A stretch of 64,000 nucleotides of DNA from Candidatus Multivoradales bacterium (GTDB lineage Bacteria > Acidobacteriota > Thermoanaerobaculia > Multivoradales > Multivoraceae). A model generated the notes under the pieces. The model saw nothing but the letters and a program-made list of their open reading frames with translations. It did no database searches and was not told the DNA's origin. Shown one piece after another: positions 9,564-19,748 of this stretch (within the stretch, counting starts at the first letter, position 1; each line of letters opens with the position of its first letter). The translations under genes were made by a program, and so were the position numbers. The stretch spans positions 1,760,001 to 1,824,000 of the forward strand of contig CBDCWI010000002.1 of assembly GCA_965223325.1 (NCBI GenBank). The letters are read 5' to 3'.

Positions 9564-10012
9564 GCCAAACCCTCCTCGCCCGCGCCCTCTTCGGGAACAA
9601 GCGGAGCGAGCGACCCGATGTTGGCTTCCCAGTTGCGACCGTCGAAGGGCTCGATCGACATCTGCTCGACCGTTTCCGGATCGAGACATCGGGCGTTGAC
9701 GCTGATGCGATCGGGGTGCGAGCGCGGTACGTAGTAGGACTTGACGCCGCAGGTGCTGCAGAAGAGGTGCTTCGCCGCCCTGGTATTGAAGCGGTACTCC
9801 GTCAGGTCTCGCTCTCCCGAAAGCAGACGGAAACGGGAACGCTCGACGATCAGATGCAGGTACCCAACGCGACAACAAACCGAGCAGTTGCACTCTTTGA
9901 TGTCGAGAACTGCCGGCGCATCGACCTCGAACCGTACGCGACCACAGTGACAGCCGCCGCTGTGGGTGACGTGCTGCGGTTTGCTCTCCACCGCTGTCGC
10001 TTTTCCGACCAT
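9560..10012 (-). CDS. GFA / CENP-V family Zn-binding protein
   Basis: GGCHCGRVRF, CNCSVC, HLFCSTCGV and SVNARCL motifs. Confidence 0.9.
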   Translation of the reverse strand: MVGKATAVESKPQHVTHSGGCHCGRVRFEVDAPAVLDIKECNCSVCCRVGYLHLIVERSRFRLLSGERDLTEYRFNTRAAKHLFCSTCGVKSYYVPRSHPDRISVNARCLDPETVEQMSIEPFDGRNWEANIGSLAPLVPEEGAGEEGLA

Positions 10013-10033
10013 GGCTCTACCCTACTGCCATCC

Positions 10034-11206
10034 TCACTGGCCCTGACCGAAAGCGATTTCGAGCCCCACCACCAGAATCGGCACGACGTCGCGTGGGTCA
10101 TGGAGCTCGCGTCGACGCCAGACCACCCCCGGCTCGATGTCCAGGAACAACCAGTCGCGCAGGAAACGTTCGCGATAGATCACCTGTAACGCCAGGTCGC
10201 GCACGCCGACGTTCAAGTCGGTTTCACCGCGGGCGCTGGCTCGATACCCGAACGCACGTTCGTCGCCGAAGCCCTGGTAGAAGGTGAGCTCCGAATACCA
10301 ATCGACGCCGCGCGTCGCCTCGGAGAGAACACCGACGTTGCGAAATCGCACCAACAGGTTGGGCCTGAGCAGGTGCTCGAAATCAAGCCGGGTGGTGGTG
10401 CCGACTCCGTCCTCGTTCTCCCAGAAGACCGTCTGGCGAAATCGCCACAGGGTGTACTCACCGCGCGGGAAGACGTGCCGGTAGCGAAGCTTCAGGTAGG
10501 GGTTCATCGGGAACTGGAAGTCCATCCCGAGGTCGACGTCGAAGCGACTGCGTGCCGATCGCAACGGGCTGTAGCCAAGACCCACCAGCCACTCCTCGTC
10601 CTCGTCGAAAGAAAGAAAGTCCGACACCCGGGTCGTGCGCTGTTCACGATCGGTCACCACGTCCTTACGGTCTTCGCGGCCGATGAAAGCCCGAAGCCGC
10701 CGCTCGGCCTGCGGCAACTCGTATTCGGCATGGAAACGGATCTCGTCGCTCAGACCCTCGTGGTCGTCCCAGTTGACGCCAACCATCAACCGCCCGTGGG
10801 TGCGGTTGTACTCCTCGTCGAAGCGGGTATCGCCAAACAGTCCGTCGAACCAGCGCGAGCTCGCACAGACCGCGCGGTAGAGACCGCGCTGAACCCGATC
10901 GACCCAGGCACGAGAATCGCCGGGACGCGGCGTACAGGGTTTCTCCTCCGCTTCTAGCGCTGCCTCCTCCGGCGCGTTTTCCGGCACGTGGTCTTCGGCG
11001 TTCTTCGGAGTCTCATCCCCATCGAGCCGCGGCTGCTCCCTGATCGGAGCCTGGGGCGATGGAGACGGTGCCGGCGGTACCTGCGCGCGGGCGGTCGCCG
11101 CCGTCACGATGAAAACCAGACCGACCCAGACACCGAAGGAAGTGCCGGTTCCGAACGGCGTACGTCTCGAGGCCGAAGGGATGGGGAGTTTGGATCTGAA
11201 CAGCAT
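10034..11206 (-). CDS. Hypothetical outer-membrane beta-barrel-like protein
   Basis: Signal peptide, 'WFDGLFGD' motif, amphipathic beta strands and an aromatic residue near the C-terminus (LEIAFG). Start uncertain. Confidence 0.65.
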   Translation of the reverse strand: MLFRSKLPIPSASRRTPFGTGTSFGVWVGLVFIVTAATARAQVPPAPSPSPQAPIREQPRLDGDETPKNAEDHVPENAPEEAALEAEEKPCTPRPGDSRAWVDRVQRGLYRAVCASSRWFDGLFGDTRFDEEYNRTHGRLMVGVNWDDHEGLSDEIRFHAEYELPQAERRLRAFIGREDRKDVVTDREQRTTRVSDFLSFDEDEEWLVGLGYSPLRSARSRFDVDLGMDFQFPMNPYLKLRYRHVFPRGEYTLWRFRQTVFWENEDGVGTTTRLDFEHLLRPNLLVRFRNVGVLSEATRGVDWYSELTFYQGFGDERAFGYRASARGETDLNVGVRDLALQVIYRERFLRDWLFLDIEPGVVWRRRELHDPRDVVPILVVGLEIAFGQGQ

Positions 11207-11466
11207 TCTCGAGAACTGGTGCGACGGAGACCTCATTCTACGACGCAACCCATGACGCCTCGAGCATCTTGCCGCTGCCCGATCTCTTGACCCGAACCTC
11301 CGAAAGCATGGCACTGGTCTCCAGGCGCAGCCCCGGGACGACTGAACCGGGCTCGCGGGGCACCCAAGCGGCCTGGCGGGAAAAATCCGTCCCAGAGTGC
11401 TAACGCATGCCGGCAGAGTTCGTCCTCTTCTCTAGCACTGCCAATCGAGACCTCGAGGACCTTCGC

Positions 11467-13923
11467 ATGGAAAACGTACTCAGGGAGCTGCGACTCACCG
11501 CCAGGTCGCTCGCCCGTCGCCCCGTCTTTCTGATCGTCGCCGTTTTGTCCCTGGCGCTCGGCATTGGCGCCAACAGCGCCATCTTCAGCCTCGTCAACGG
11601 CATTCTTTTGCAGCCTCTGCCGGGAATCGACAACCCTTCTGATCTCGTGCGCATTGTTGCCTACCGCGAGGGATTCGACTGGCCGCTGGGTACGTCCGCG
11701 CCGGCCATGGGCGATATCGCCGCCGCGACAGAAGAAGACATCGCGGGCCTGGCGGGCTTCACCAACACGACCTTCGGCTTGTCTCTCGACGGTGAACCGC
11801 CGGAGATTCGCTGGGGCCTCTTGACCCTCGGCGACTATTGGAGCGTCCTCGGCGTGACACCCGAACTCGGCCGCTTCTTCGGACCAAACGAAGAAGCGAG
11901 CCGAGAACCGGTGGCCGTCATCTCCCACAGCCTCTGGCAGGAACGTTTCGCGGGCGGAAGCGACGTCATCGGGCGCGAGATCTCGCTCGATGGCCAGAGC
12001 CACACCATCATCGGCGTTGCGCCTGAGGGTTTCATTGGCACCGAAACCCTCTTCGCCAACGAGGTCTTCGTGCCGATGGTTGCCTGGAGCGGCGACATCG
12101 ACAGCCTGCTCGAGGATCGTTCGAACTTCTACCTCAAGCTCACGGGTCGCCTGCGGCCGGAATCGAGTCTGGCTGACATCGATGGGCCTTTGGCAGTCTT
12201 GAGCGAGACCCTGGCGAGAGATTTCCCCGAGGATCACCGCCAAACCACCTTTGGCGCGATGCCTGAACATGAAGCGCGCGTCGAGGCAGGCCTCGGTCCC
12301 GCGATGAGACAAATCACGGTCCTGCTGCTCGGCCTGGTGGGACTCGTGCTCCTGATTGCGTGCGGCAACGTCGCCAACCTGATGTTGGCACGTGGCATGG
12401 GCCGGGCACGCGAAATGAGCGTGCGCATGGCGATCGGTGCTGAGCGTCGCAGTCTGATTTCTCAGATGCTGGCCGAGAGCCTGATGCTCTCCCTTCTCGG
12501 CGGCGTATGCGGCCTCGGCATCGCCGTCGTCTTCGCACGACTGGCTGAAACCTCGCTGGCACCTTCGGGAATACCGTTGCGAATCGAGGCAACGCCAGAC
12601 CTGCGCGTGCTGCTGTTTACCCTCGGTGTCTCGGTGCTAGCGGGCCTGATCTTCGGCATCATTCCGGCGCTGCGCGCTTCGAGACAAGATCCGGCGCGCG
12701 GCTTGCGCGCTGCACCGGTCGGTGGCAACGCACGCACTCTGCGCCTCGGCAACGCATTCGTCGTCGTTCAGATCTCCCTCTCGCTGCTTCTCCTGGTCGC
12801 CGCCGGCCTCTTCCTGCGCAGCCTTTCGAAAACGCAACTCATCGACCTCGGCATCGACCCCTCCGGCGTTGCCGCCATCAGTTTCGATCTCGACATGCTG
12901 AGCAAGTCCCCGGAGGAAGGCCTGGTTTTTCATCGGCAGCTCGCTGAGCGGCTGCGTGAGATCCCTGGCGTCGAGCGTGTGACCCCGGCATCCTGGGTAC
13001 CCCTCGACTGGTCTTCCGGCGGCTTCACGGTCAACATGGATCGTGACATCGGAGGCCCGAGCGCAGACGCATCGGGCAACGAACTGACCCTGCTCGGAAG
13101 TCGCGTCGGCGCGGGTTACTTTGACATCGTCAACACACCCCTTATTGCTGGACGCGGATTTCGCGAGTCAGACGATGCCGACAGCGAGCCCGTCGTGGTC
13201 GTTAATGAACACTTAGCCGAGATCGCCTGGCCCAGCGAGAGTGCGCTCGGAAAGTCGATGCGCATCAACGGACGGGATCAACGCTTTACTGTCGTAGGCG
13301 TCGCCAAAGACGGCAAGTACCGCCTCGCCGGCGAGGCGCAGCGACCGTACATCTACGTGCCGTTCGAGCAGATGTATCGCGGTGCGGTCACCGTCCTGCT
13401 CGAGACCCGTGGCGACCCGGCGAAGCTGCTCCTGCCGGCACAGCAGGCAGTGGCCACGCTCGAGCCCGACCTGGCGATCTGGAAGGCCGAGGCGCTCTCC
13501 CAGACCGTCACCGAACGTGTCATGAGCCCGGTGCGCATCATGGCGGCTCTCGCCAGCTCGTTCGGCTTCCTCGGCCTGGTACTCGCCGCCGTCGGGCTCT
13601 ACGGCATCATGGCGCATGTGGTCGGGCAGCGCACGCGGGAAATCGGCGTGCGCATCGCGCTCGGTGCGAGCACTGGCGAGATCCTCACCCGTATCCTTCG
13701 CCAGGGTCTGCGACTCGCGATCCTCGGCTCGGTATTCGGCGGCCTGGTCGCCTTCGCGGGAACGCGCCTCATCCAGACGTTCCTGGTTGGTGTTGACGCC
13801 ACCGATCCACTGGTGTTCGGCACCGTGACTGCCTGCCTGATTGCCGTCGCCCTCCTCGCCAGTCTCGCACCGGCGCTGCGCGCCGCTCGCATCGACCCGG
13901 TGCGTACGCTGCGCGCCGAGTGA
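11467..13923 (+). CDS. ADOP-type duplicated MacB/FtsX ABC permease
   Basis: LALGIGANSAIFSLVN, LLIACGNVANLML, REMSVRMAIGA, RTREIGVRIALGA and RAARIDPVRTLRAE motifs. Start at ATG 11467. Confidence 0.92.
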   Translation: MENVLRELRLTARSLARRPVFLIVAVLSLALGIGANSAIFSLVNGILLQPLPGIDNPSDLVRIVAYREGFDWPLGTSAPAMGDIAAATEEDIAGLAGFTNTTFGLSLDGEPPEIRWGLLTLGDYWSVLGVTPELGRFFGPNEEASREPVAVISHSLWQERFAGGSDVIGREISLDGQSHTIIGVAPEGFIGTETLFANEVFVPMVAWSGDIDSLLEDRSNFYLKLTGRLRPESSLADIDGPLAVLSETLARDFPEDHRQTTFGAMPEHEARVEAGLGPAMRQITVLLLGLVGLVLLIACGNVANLMLARGMGRAREMSVRMAIGAERRSLISQMLAESLMLSLLGGVCGLGIAVVFARLAETSLAPSGIPLRIEATPDLRVLLFTLGVSVLAGLIFGIIPALRASRQDPARGLRAAPVGGNARTLRLGNAFVVVQISLSLLLLVAAGLFLRSLSKTQLIDLGIDPSGVAAISFDLDMLSKSPEEGLVFHRQLAERLREIPGVERVTPASWVPLDWSSGGFTVNMDRDIGGPSADASGNELTLLGSRVGAGYFDIVNTPLIAGRGFRESDDADSEPVVVVNEHLAEIAWPSESALGKSMRINGRDQRFTVVGVAKDGKYRLAGEAQRPYIYVPFEQMYRGAVTVLLETRGDPAKLLLPAQQAVATLEPDLAIWKAEALSQTVTERVMSPVRIMAALASSFGFLGLVLAAVGLYGIMAHVVGQRTREIGVRIALGASTGEILTRILRQGLRLAILGSVFGGLVAFAGTRLIQTFLVGVDATDPLVFGTVTACLIAVALLASLAPALRAARIDPVRTLRAE

Positions 13924-14037
13924 TAGGAGTTGCGGCCGCGGCAGGCACCTCGCTCTACTGCAGTGGGCTGCTGTAGGGTGCAGGAACTCCCTCTGATGTG
14001 GTGATCAGCTTCGAGGCCCCTGCCCGGGGACGACGCC

Positions 14038-15573
14038 ATGACCAGACCACACTGCCGGTTCCAACGCCTGATCTTCGGCGTCGCGATGGCATGCACTCTG
14101 TGGCTATCCCCTCTGGCCACCGTCCTGGCGCAGGGTCGCGGCCCGGCTGTGCTCGTGCGCGGCACGATCATCGACCGAACGGGCACTGTCGAAGGCGCGC
14201 ATGTCGAGTTCGCCCCTAACGGTGACAACAATCCGACCTTCGGAAGAAGCGATGAAGACGGCCGGTTTCGCCTGCGCCTGGCGAGCGGTTCCTACCAGGT
14301 GATCGTGACGGCCGACGGCTATCTGCCCTCGGAGGGGCGGATCGACGTCACCAACCTCACCGCCGCGCTCGAAATCGAACTCCGCCGCGTCGACGAGCAG
14401 ACCCCGGCCTTCCCCGAGGGCAACGTCGAACGCACGGTCAGAAAGTGGCTCGAACGCGGCAACCAGCTTCTCGAAGCTGGAGCGGCCGAAGCCGCACAAG
14501 CGGAGTTCGAAAAGGCCCTGCCGCTCGTACAGGGTGCGACGGCGGCCGAGATCTACCGCGGCGTCGCGCGGGCCGCGTGGCTTCTCGAACGACCGGAAGA
14601 GACCAGGGCGGCCCTCGAGAACGCTCTGCGTGCCGACCCCGGCGACCAACGAACCCGCGCTCTCTACAACGAGACGATGAAGCTCCTCGAGCGCGAGGCC
14701 GATGCCGAGCGCTTTCTCGAGCACGGCATCCACGAAGTCCTCCCGGAAGCGGCAACCAACGACCCACCGGAAACCGCCAGGCGACCCAAGCGCCGACCAC
14801 CCACAAGAGCGCTCGCCCATCGGACCGGAGATGCCACCGTCGTCTTCGAGACCCCTCATTCGCTCTCGCTGGCCGAGATCGCTGAGAAAACCGGTCACTC
14901 CTTCGAGGCCCAGAAACGCGCCGCATCCCTCGATCCGGCTGCGGAAAGCTGGGAGATCGTCGTTCCCGAAAGCTACGACCCGGCAACTCCGCATGGGCTC
15001 CTGGTATGGATCAGCCCGACTCCTCGCGGCGTTCTTCCCAACCCGGGGCTTTTGCCCGTGCTCGAAGAACGTCGCCTGATCTGGGTGGGGGCCAATTCCT
15101 CCGGTAACCGGCGCGCCGTCGTCGATCGCATCGCGCTGGCCTTTACTGGCCTCGAGAACACGAGGAGCCTCTATTCGATTGATTCCGAACGTCTCTTCAT
15201 CGCTGGCTACTCGGGCGGCGGGCGAGTGGCTTCCGTCGTGGGTGCGCACTGGCCCGAGTCCTGGGCCGGGGTGATCTCCTGGATGGGCATCGACTTCTTC
15301 GCTTCGGTGCCAGTGCCCTACCGACCCGGTGCCTCCTGGCCGGGGTCCTACAAGCGGCCTTCCCGGGCGACCCTCAAACGCGCGCGCCGGATCCGCTGGG
15401 CGGTCGTCACAGGGGATCTCGACTTCAATCGCAGCCAGAGTCGCGCCATCGCCAAGACGATGCGCGGTGCCGGCTTCGAGCACGTCGCGTTTCTTCAGAT
15501 CCCCGATGCCGACCACTACCGGGGCTTCCCAGCCGAATGGGTAGAACGTGCGCTGGAAGCCGTAGACCGATAG
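14038..15573 (+). CDS. Secreted carboxypeptidase-regulatory-like + TPR + alpha/beta hydrolase (esterase-like) protein
   Basis: Signal peptide, 'SDEDGRF...LASGSYQVIVTADGY' domain and TPR helices. The C-terminal domain has 'IDSERLFIAGYSGGG', Asp in GDLDFN and His in DADH. Confidence 0.75.
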   Translation: MTRPHCRFQRLIFGVAMACTLWLSPLATVLAQGRGPAVLVRGTIIDRTGTVEGAHVEFAPNGDNNPTFGRSDEDGRFRLRLASGSYQVIVTADGYLPSEGRIDVTNLTAALEIELRRVDEQTPAFPEGNVERTVRKWLERGNQLLEAGAAEAAQAEFEKALPLVQGATAAEIYRGVARAAWLLERPEETRAALENALRADPGDQRTRALYNETMKLLEREADAERFLEHGIHEVLPEAATNDPPETARRPKRRPPTRALAHRTGDATVVFETPHSLSLAEIAEKTGHSFEAQKRAASLDPAAESWEIVVPESYDPATPHGLLVWISPTPRGVLPNPGLLPVLEERRLIWVGANSSGNRRAVVDRIALAFTGLENTRSLYSIDSERLFIAGYSGGGRVASVVGAHWPESWAGVISWMGIDFFASVPVPYRPGASWPGSYKRPSRATLKRARRIRWAVVTGDLDFNRSQSRAIAKTMRGAGFEHVAFLQIPDADHYRGFPAEWVERALEAVDR

Positions 15574-15709
15574 AGAGGTCGGGGACACCAGGAGCTTGAC
15601 AAGAGGGCCCCAAACGGCGGACGCTTGGGGTTCCGATTCCCCACGACGTCGGCCGGGGCCCCATTGCCCGGCATTCCTACGACTCTCCCTTCTTCGAGAG
15701 GCCTTGGTC

Positions 15710-16930
15710 ATGCGCTACGCCACCGCGATTCTTCTCTGTCTCATCACCCTCCTGGCCGCCTCGGCCTGTACTCCGGCCGAGCCGGTCGACATGACGAAAC
15801 AGATCCAGACCTGGTTGATCGAAGCGACACCCGGATCGGTCGTCGAGATCCCTGCCGGGGTGTTCGAGTTCGAACGCAGCCTCTCTTTGACGGTCGACGG
15901 CGTCACCATTCGCGGCGCCGGCATGGACGAGACCGTGCTCTCGTTCAAGAACCAGATCCAGGGCGCCGAGGGTCTCCTGGTGACCGCCAGTGACTTCACC
16001 ATCGAAGACCTGGCAATCGAAGACAGTAAGGGCGACGCGCTCAAGGTCAACGAAGGCGAAAACATCGTCATCCGTCGTGTACGCACCGAGTGGACCGGCG
16101 GCCCGGCCACCGACAACGGCGCCTATGGCATCTACCCCGTCCAAACGAAGAACGTGCTGATCGAGGAGAGCGTCGCGATCGCTGCCTCCGATGCCGGCAT
16201 CTATGTCGGCCAGTCCGACAACGTCGTCGTGCGCAACAATCGCGCCGAGTACAACGTCGCGGGCATCGAGATCGAGAACACCATCGGTGCCGACGTCTAC
16301 GACAACGTGGCGGTCAACAACACCGGCGGCATTCTGGTCTTCAACATGCCCGACCTACCCCGCCCCGGGCATTCGACTCGGGTCTACAACAACCTGATCG
16401 AGAACAACAACACCGCCAACTTCGCGCGCGAAGGAACGGCAGTGGCCAGCGTCCCCAAGGGTTCTGGGGTGGTGATCAACTCCAACGACAAGGTCGAGAT
16501 CTTCGAGAACAAGATTCTCAACAACGAGACCGCTAACATCGTCATCGCCAGCTACTTCTCGACTGGCTACTACGGTGAGCGCGAACCTGCCGCCGCCTAC
16601 GACCCGTACCCCGAGGAAATCTACATCTACGACAACGAGTTCGCCGGCGGTGGCCAGGCCCCCGGCCTGGAAGATCTCGAGACGCTCCGGGTCGCCATGT
16701 TCGGCGAAGACGGCGCCTTCCCCGATGTCATCTGGGACGGCTTCATCAATCCCGAGAAGGCCGAAAACGGCCGACTGCCGGCCGAGTACGCCATATGCAT
16801 CGAGAACGGCGACATCCAGGTCCTCAACGTCGACACCGAGAACGGCTTCAGCAACCCGCGCATCGGAACCGACGGCCACAACTGCTCGCACGAAAAGCTG
16901 GCGCCGATCTCGCTCGCGCTCACCAGCTGA
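15710..16930 (+). CDS. Parallel beta-helix repeat lipoprotein (TIGR03805-like)
   Basis: Lipobox LAASAC and motifs GAYGIYPV, ASDAGIYVGQS, NVAGIEIENT and NNTGGILVF. Confidence 0.85.
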   Translation: MRYATAILLCLITLLAASACTPAEPVDMTKQIQTWLIEATPGSVVEIPAGVFEFERSLSLTVDGVTIRGAGMDETVLSFKNQIQGAEGLLVTASDFTIEDLAIEDSKGDALKVNEGENIVIRRVRTEWTGGPATDNGAYGIYPVQTKNVLIEESVAIAASDAGIYVGQSDNVVVRNNRAEYNVAGIEIENTIGADVYDNVAVNNTGGILVFNMPDLPRPGHSTRVYNNLIENNNTANFAREGTAVASVPKGSGVVINSNDKVEIFENKILNNETANIVIASYFSTGYYGEREPAAAYDPYPEEIYIYDNEFAGGGQAPGLEDLETLRVAMFGEDGAFPDVIWDGFINPEKAENGRLPAEYAICIENGDIQVLNVDTENGFSNPRIGTDGHNCSHEKLAPISLALTS

Positions 16931-16941
16931 GGCCGCCCGAC

Positions 16942-18111
16942 ATGCTTCGGCAGGAGAGGCGAACTGGGCGACGGGCAGCCTCGCTGCCCTGGGTCTACGT
17001 TCTGCTGGCCTTCGGCATCGCCACAACAGGCGCCTGCGGCGGCGCGCCGGAGCACATCGTCTTTCATGCGACCGAGAACCCGGAGTTGCTTTCGGCCTGG
17101 GGAGTTCTGGCCGTCGACGATGGCCAGTTGCTTCTCAACGATGGCGTTCTCCCTTTCGACCTCAACACGGCCCTGTTCACCGACTACGCACATAAGCTGC
17201 GCACGGTGTGGATGCCCGAAGGCACCAGCGCGCGCTGGGACGGCTCGGAGCATCTCGAATACCCGGTCGGCACAATCCTTACCAAGACCTTCTACTACCC
17301 GGTCGAGGGTGGCGCGAGTTCCTCCATTCGGGTCTTGCGCACCGGAACCGACACGCAGCCAGAGTTCGCCAACGGCCTCGACCTCGAGAAGGTCAAGGTG
17401 CTCGAAACGCGACTCCTGGCGCATCGAGTCGACGGCTGGGTTGCACTACCCTACGTGTGGAACGAAGAAGAGACCGACGCACGGCTCGAGATCGCGGGAG
17501 ACGCCCTTCGCCTCGAGTTCGCCTCGGAAGACGGCGGGAGCGAACCGTTCCCCTACATCGTCCCGGACATGAACCAGTGCGCCGGCTGTCACGCCAGTGA
17601 CCACACAGCCGGCGCTGTTCTGCCGCTCGGTCCCAAGCTGCGCCACCTCAACAAGTCGTACCAGTACGTCGACCATGAAGCCAACCAGCTCGAGCGTTGG
17701 ACCGACGTCGGGTATCTGAGCGATGCCCCCTCGCCAGCACCAAGAGCTGCCGCCTGGGATGACCCCGCGACCGGAACGCTCGAGGAGAGAGCACGCGCGT
17801 ACCTCGATATCAACTGCGGCCACTGCCACAACCCAGAGGGCCCGGCCGACACCTCAGGGCTGTTCCTCGACTACGCAACCACCGAGCTCCGCCGCCTCGG
17901 CATGTGCAAGCCCCCGGTCGCCGCCGGCCGCGGAAGTGGTGACTTGAACCACTCCATCGAACCAGGCCTGCCCGAGGAGTCGATCATGATCTACCGCCTC
18001 GCCTCCACTGATCCTGGCGAAGCCATGCCCGAGCTCGGCCGCAGCACCACACACCTCGAAGGCATCGAACTGCTCTCGGAGTGGATTCGCGAGTTCGCGC
18101 CCGGCTGCTGA
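16942..18111 (+). CDS. Diheme c-type cytochrome lipoprotein (SO2930 / TIGR03806-like)
   Basis: Two CxxCH motifs (CAGCH, CGHCH), plus LFTDYAHKLR, YPVGTILTKTFYY, RARAYLDINC and MPELGR. This is the usual partner of the upstream beta-helix gene. Confidence 0.85.
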   Translation: MLRQERRTGRRAASLPWVYVLLAFGIATTGACGGAPEHIVFHATENPELLSAWGVLAVDDGQLLLNDGVLPFDLNTALFTDYAHKLRTVWMPEGTSARWDGSEHLEYPVGTILTKTFYYPVEGGASSSIRVLRTGTDTQPEFANGLDLEKVKVLETRLLAHRVDGWVALPYVWNEEETDARLEIAGDALRLEFASEDGGSEPFPYIVPDMNQCAGCHASDHTAGAVLPLGPKLRHLNKSYQYVDHEANQLERWTDVGYLSDAPSPAPRAAAWDDPATGTLEERARAYLDINCGHCHNPEGPADTSGLFLDYATTELRRLGMCKPPVAAGRGSGDLNHSIEPGLPEESIMIYRLASTDPGEAMPELGRSTTHLEGIELLSEWIREFAPGC

Positions 18112-18118
18112 CGCGCAG

Positions 18119-18523
18119 CTATACGAAGACGTCCGCTGCAATCACCAAGAGGGAAACGAAGGCCGCCTGCCAGCACGCCGGGCGGAGCCACGGAATGTCA
18201 CTGATGTAGGCAGGGATGTAGGCAACGCGAGCGAAGAAAAACGCCCACGCTCCCCATACGGTGAGTGACGAGACAGACTCGGCCATGTGGACCGCAAGCA
18301 ACACCGCGACGAACTGTGGCAAGACCTCGAGCAGGTTGCGGTGCGCTCGCACCAGGCGGCCACCCACCCCGGGCACCTCGTGCGGTTTGTCGCGAGCACT
18401 CAGCACCCACTCCGGCCCTGCACTGCGCAGCATCGAAACACTCGCCAGGCCGACCTGGACGGCCGAGAGAACCACCACCGCCAAGAGTGCAACGACCTCC
18501 GAGGGAACGCCGGCCAACGTCAC
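18119..18523 (-). CDS. MAPEG family membrane protein
   Basis: RLVRAHRNLLE and FFFARVAYIPAY motifs, with 4 hydrophobic segments. Confidence 0.85.
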   Translation of the reverse strand: MTLAGVPSEVVALLAVVVLSAVQVGLASVSMLRSAGPEWVLSARDKPHEVPGVGGRLVRAHRNLLEVLPQFVAVLLAVHMAESVSSLTVWGAWAFFFARVAYIPAYISDIPWLRPACWQAAFVSLLVIAADVFV

Positions 18524-19062
18524 TGCTCGCCCCCGGCGGCATTCCCGAGAACCTGCTGGCGCAGCAGCGTGTAGTCGACGAAGTCGGTCTGGCGCGTAAT
18601 CAAGCCTTTTTCGACCTCGAGCCAGGTGACGAAGGGGACGTCGTACTCCTTCCCCAGCGCAGCTCCGCGCAGGCGCCCCCGCACGACGTGACGGACGGTC
18701 GCGGCACCGTCACCGCCGGAGCCGCCGTCTGTTACATGCTCCTCGATGTCGAAGCGGACCGATTCGTAGGTCCCCTTCGACTGCTCGTAGATCTCGCGTA
18801 GCGCCTCGCGGCCGGCGAGCCCGCGGGCGGCGGTTACGTCAACGAAGTCGACCGCGGGGTGGTAGTACGCCAGGTGACTGCCGTCAAAGGTGTTGTAGGC
18901 GGTGAAGAACTGCTGCAACCAGCTGTCTCTGGTCGAGACGCTCTCCTCTGCCGGGGCAGCCGCGCTCCACACCAGCGCCAGGGCTGCAACCGCAATCAAG
19001 ACTCCCAGGCCGCGCCGGGCGTCGTATCGCCGGTTGGAGTTGGCCGAGATGATTCCTGCCAC
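18520..19062 (-). CDS. Secreted SnoaL/NTF2-like protein
   Basis: YHPAVDFVD, GREALRE and GLITRQTDFVDY pattern, with a signal peptide. Confidence 0.75.
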   Translation of the reverse strand: MAGIISANSNRRYDARRGLGVLIAVAALALVWSAAAPAEESVSTRDSWLQQFFTAYNTFDGSHLAYYHPAVDFVDVTAARGLAGREALREIYEQSKGTYESVRFDIEEHVTDGGSGGDGAATVRHVVRGRLRGAALGKEYDVPFVTWLEVEKGLITRQTDFVDYTLLRQQVLGNAAGGEQ

Positions 19063-19074
19063 AAGGATCTCCTC

Positions 19075-19119
19075 TTGAAACTGAATGTCTGCTCAGTATA
19101 ATGAATCCATGTTCAGTTT
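19075..19119 (+). promoter_or_regulatory. Sigma70-like promoter overlapped by palindromic TetR operator(s)
   Basis: TTGAAA (19075-19080), 16 nt spacer, TATAAT (19097-19102). Palindrome ACTGA-N8-TCAGT and outer inverted repeat AAACTGAA (19078) / TTCAGTTT (19112-19119), between the divergent tetR and snoaL genes. Confidence 0.7.
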
Positions 19120-19136
19120 GGAAGCCAGAGTTCACG

Positions 19137-19733
19137 ATGCCTAGGCTCTCGACCGCCCAGCTCGCGGCGCGCCGCGAGGAGATTCTGCTAGCCGGCTTCC
19201 AGTGCCTCGCCGCAGTGGGATTCGAGGCGACCACGCTCCAGAAGGTGGCAGCCCGCGCTGGCCTGGCGGTCGGCACGATCTATCTCTACTTCGACGACAA
19301 GGACGCGCTCTTCGAGGCCATTGCCGAGCTCAACCAACAGCGCACCGAGGAAAGGCTCGACCAGCTGGCGAGCGCTTCAGATCCGCTAGCCGCAATCGAA
19401 GAACTCATCGGTGAGGCCTTCGCCGGACGGAACGGTCGCCTCGAGCTCGAGCTCTTTGCGCGCGCAACCAAGGACGAGGAGATCGGCAAGTGGGTCAAGG
19501 CTCTCGTCTCCCAGTGGGAAGAGGCTCTAGCGACGGTCATCAGGCGGGCGCGACGCGCGGGTCAAATCGACAAGGGACCACACGCTAAGGCCCTGGCGCG
19601 TGACGTCTTCGCACTCCTCAACGGCGCCATCATGCTCGAGATGCTCAACCCTTCAAGCGATCACTCGCGGACCACTCCCGCCCGAAGGGCACGTGCCGCC
19701 GCTCACCGACTCCTCGGCGCGCAAAGACCCTGA
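19137..19733 (+). CDS. TetR/AcrR family transcriptional regulator
   Basis: HTH 'TTLQKVAARAGLAVGTIYLYFDDKDALF'. Confidence 0.92.
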   Translation: MPRLSTAQLAARREEILLAGFQCLAAVGFEATTLQKVAARAGLAVGTIYLYFDDKDALFEAIAELNQQRTEERLDQLASASDPLAAIEELIGEAFAGRNGRLELELFARATKDEEIGKWVKALVSQWEEALATVIRRARRAGQIDKGPHAKALARDVFALLNGAIMLEMLNPSSDHSRTTPARRARAAAHRLLGAQRP

Positions 19734-19748
19734 CTTGACCAAAGGAGA

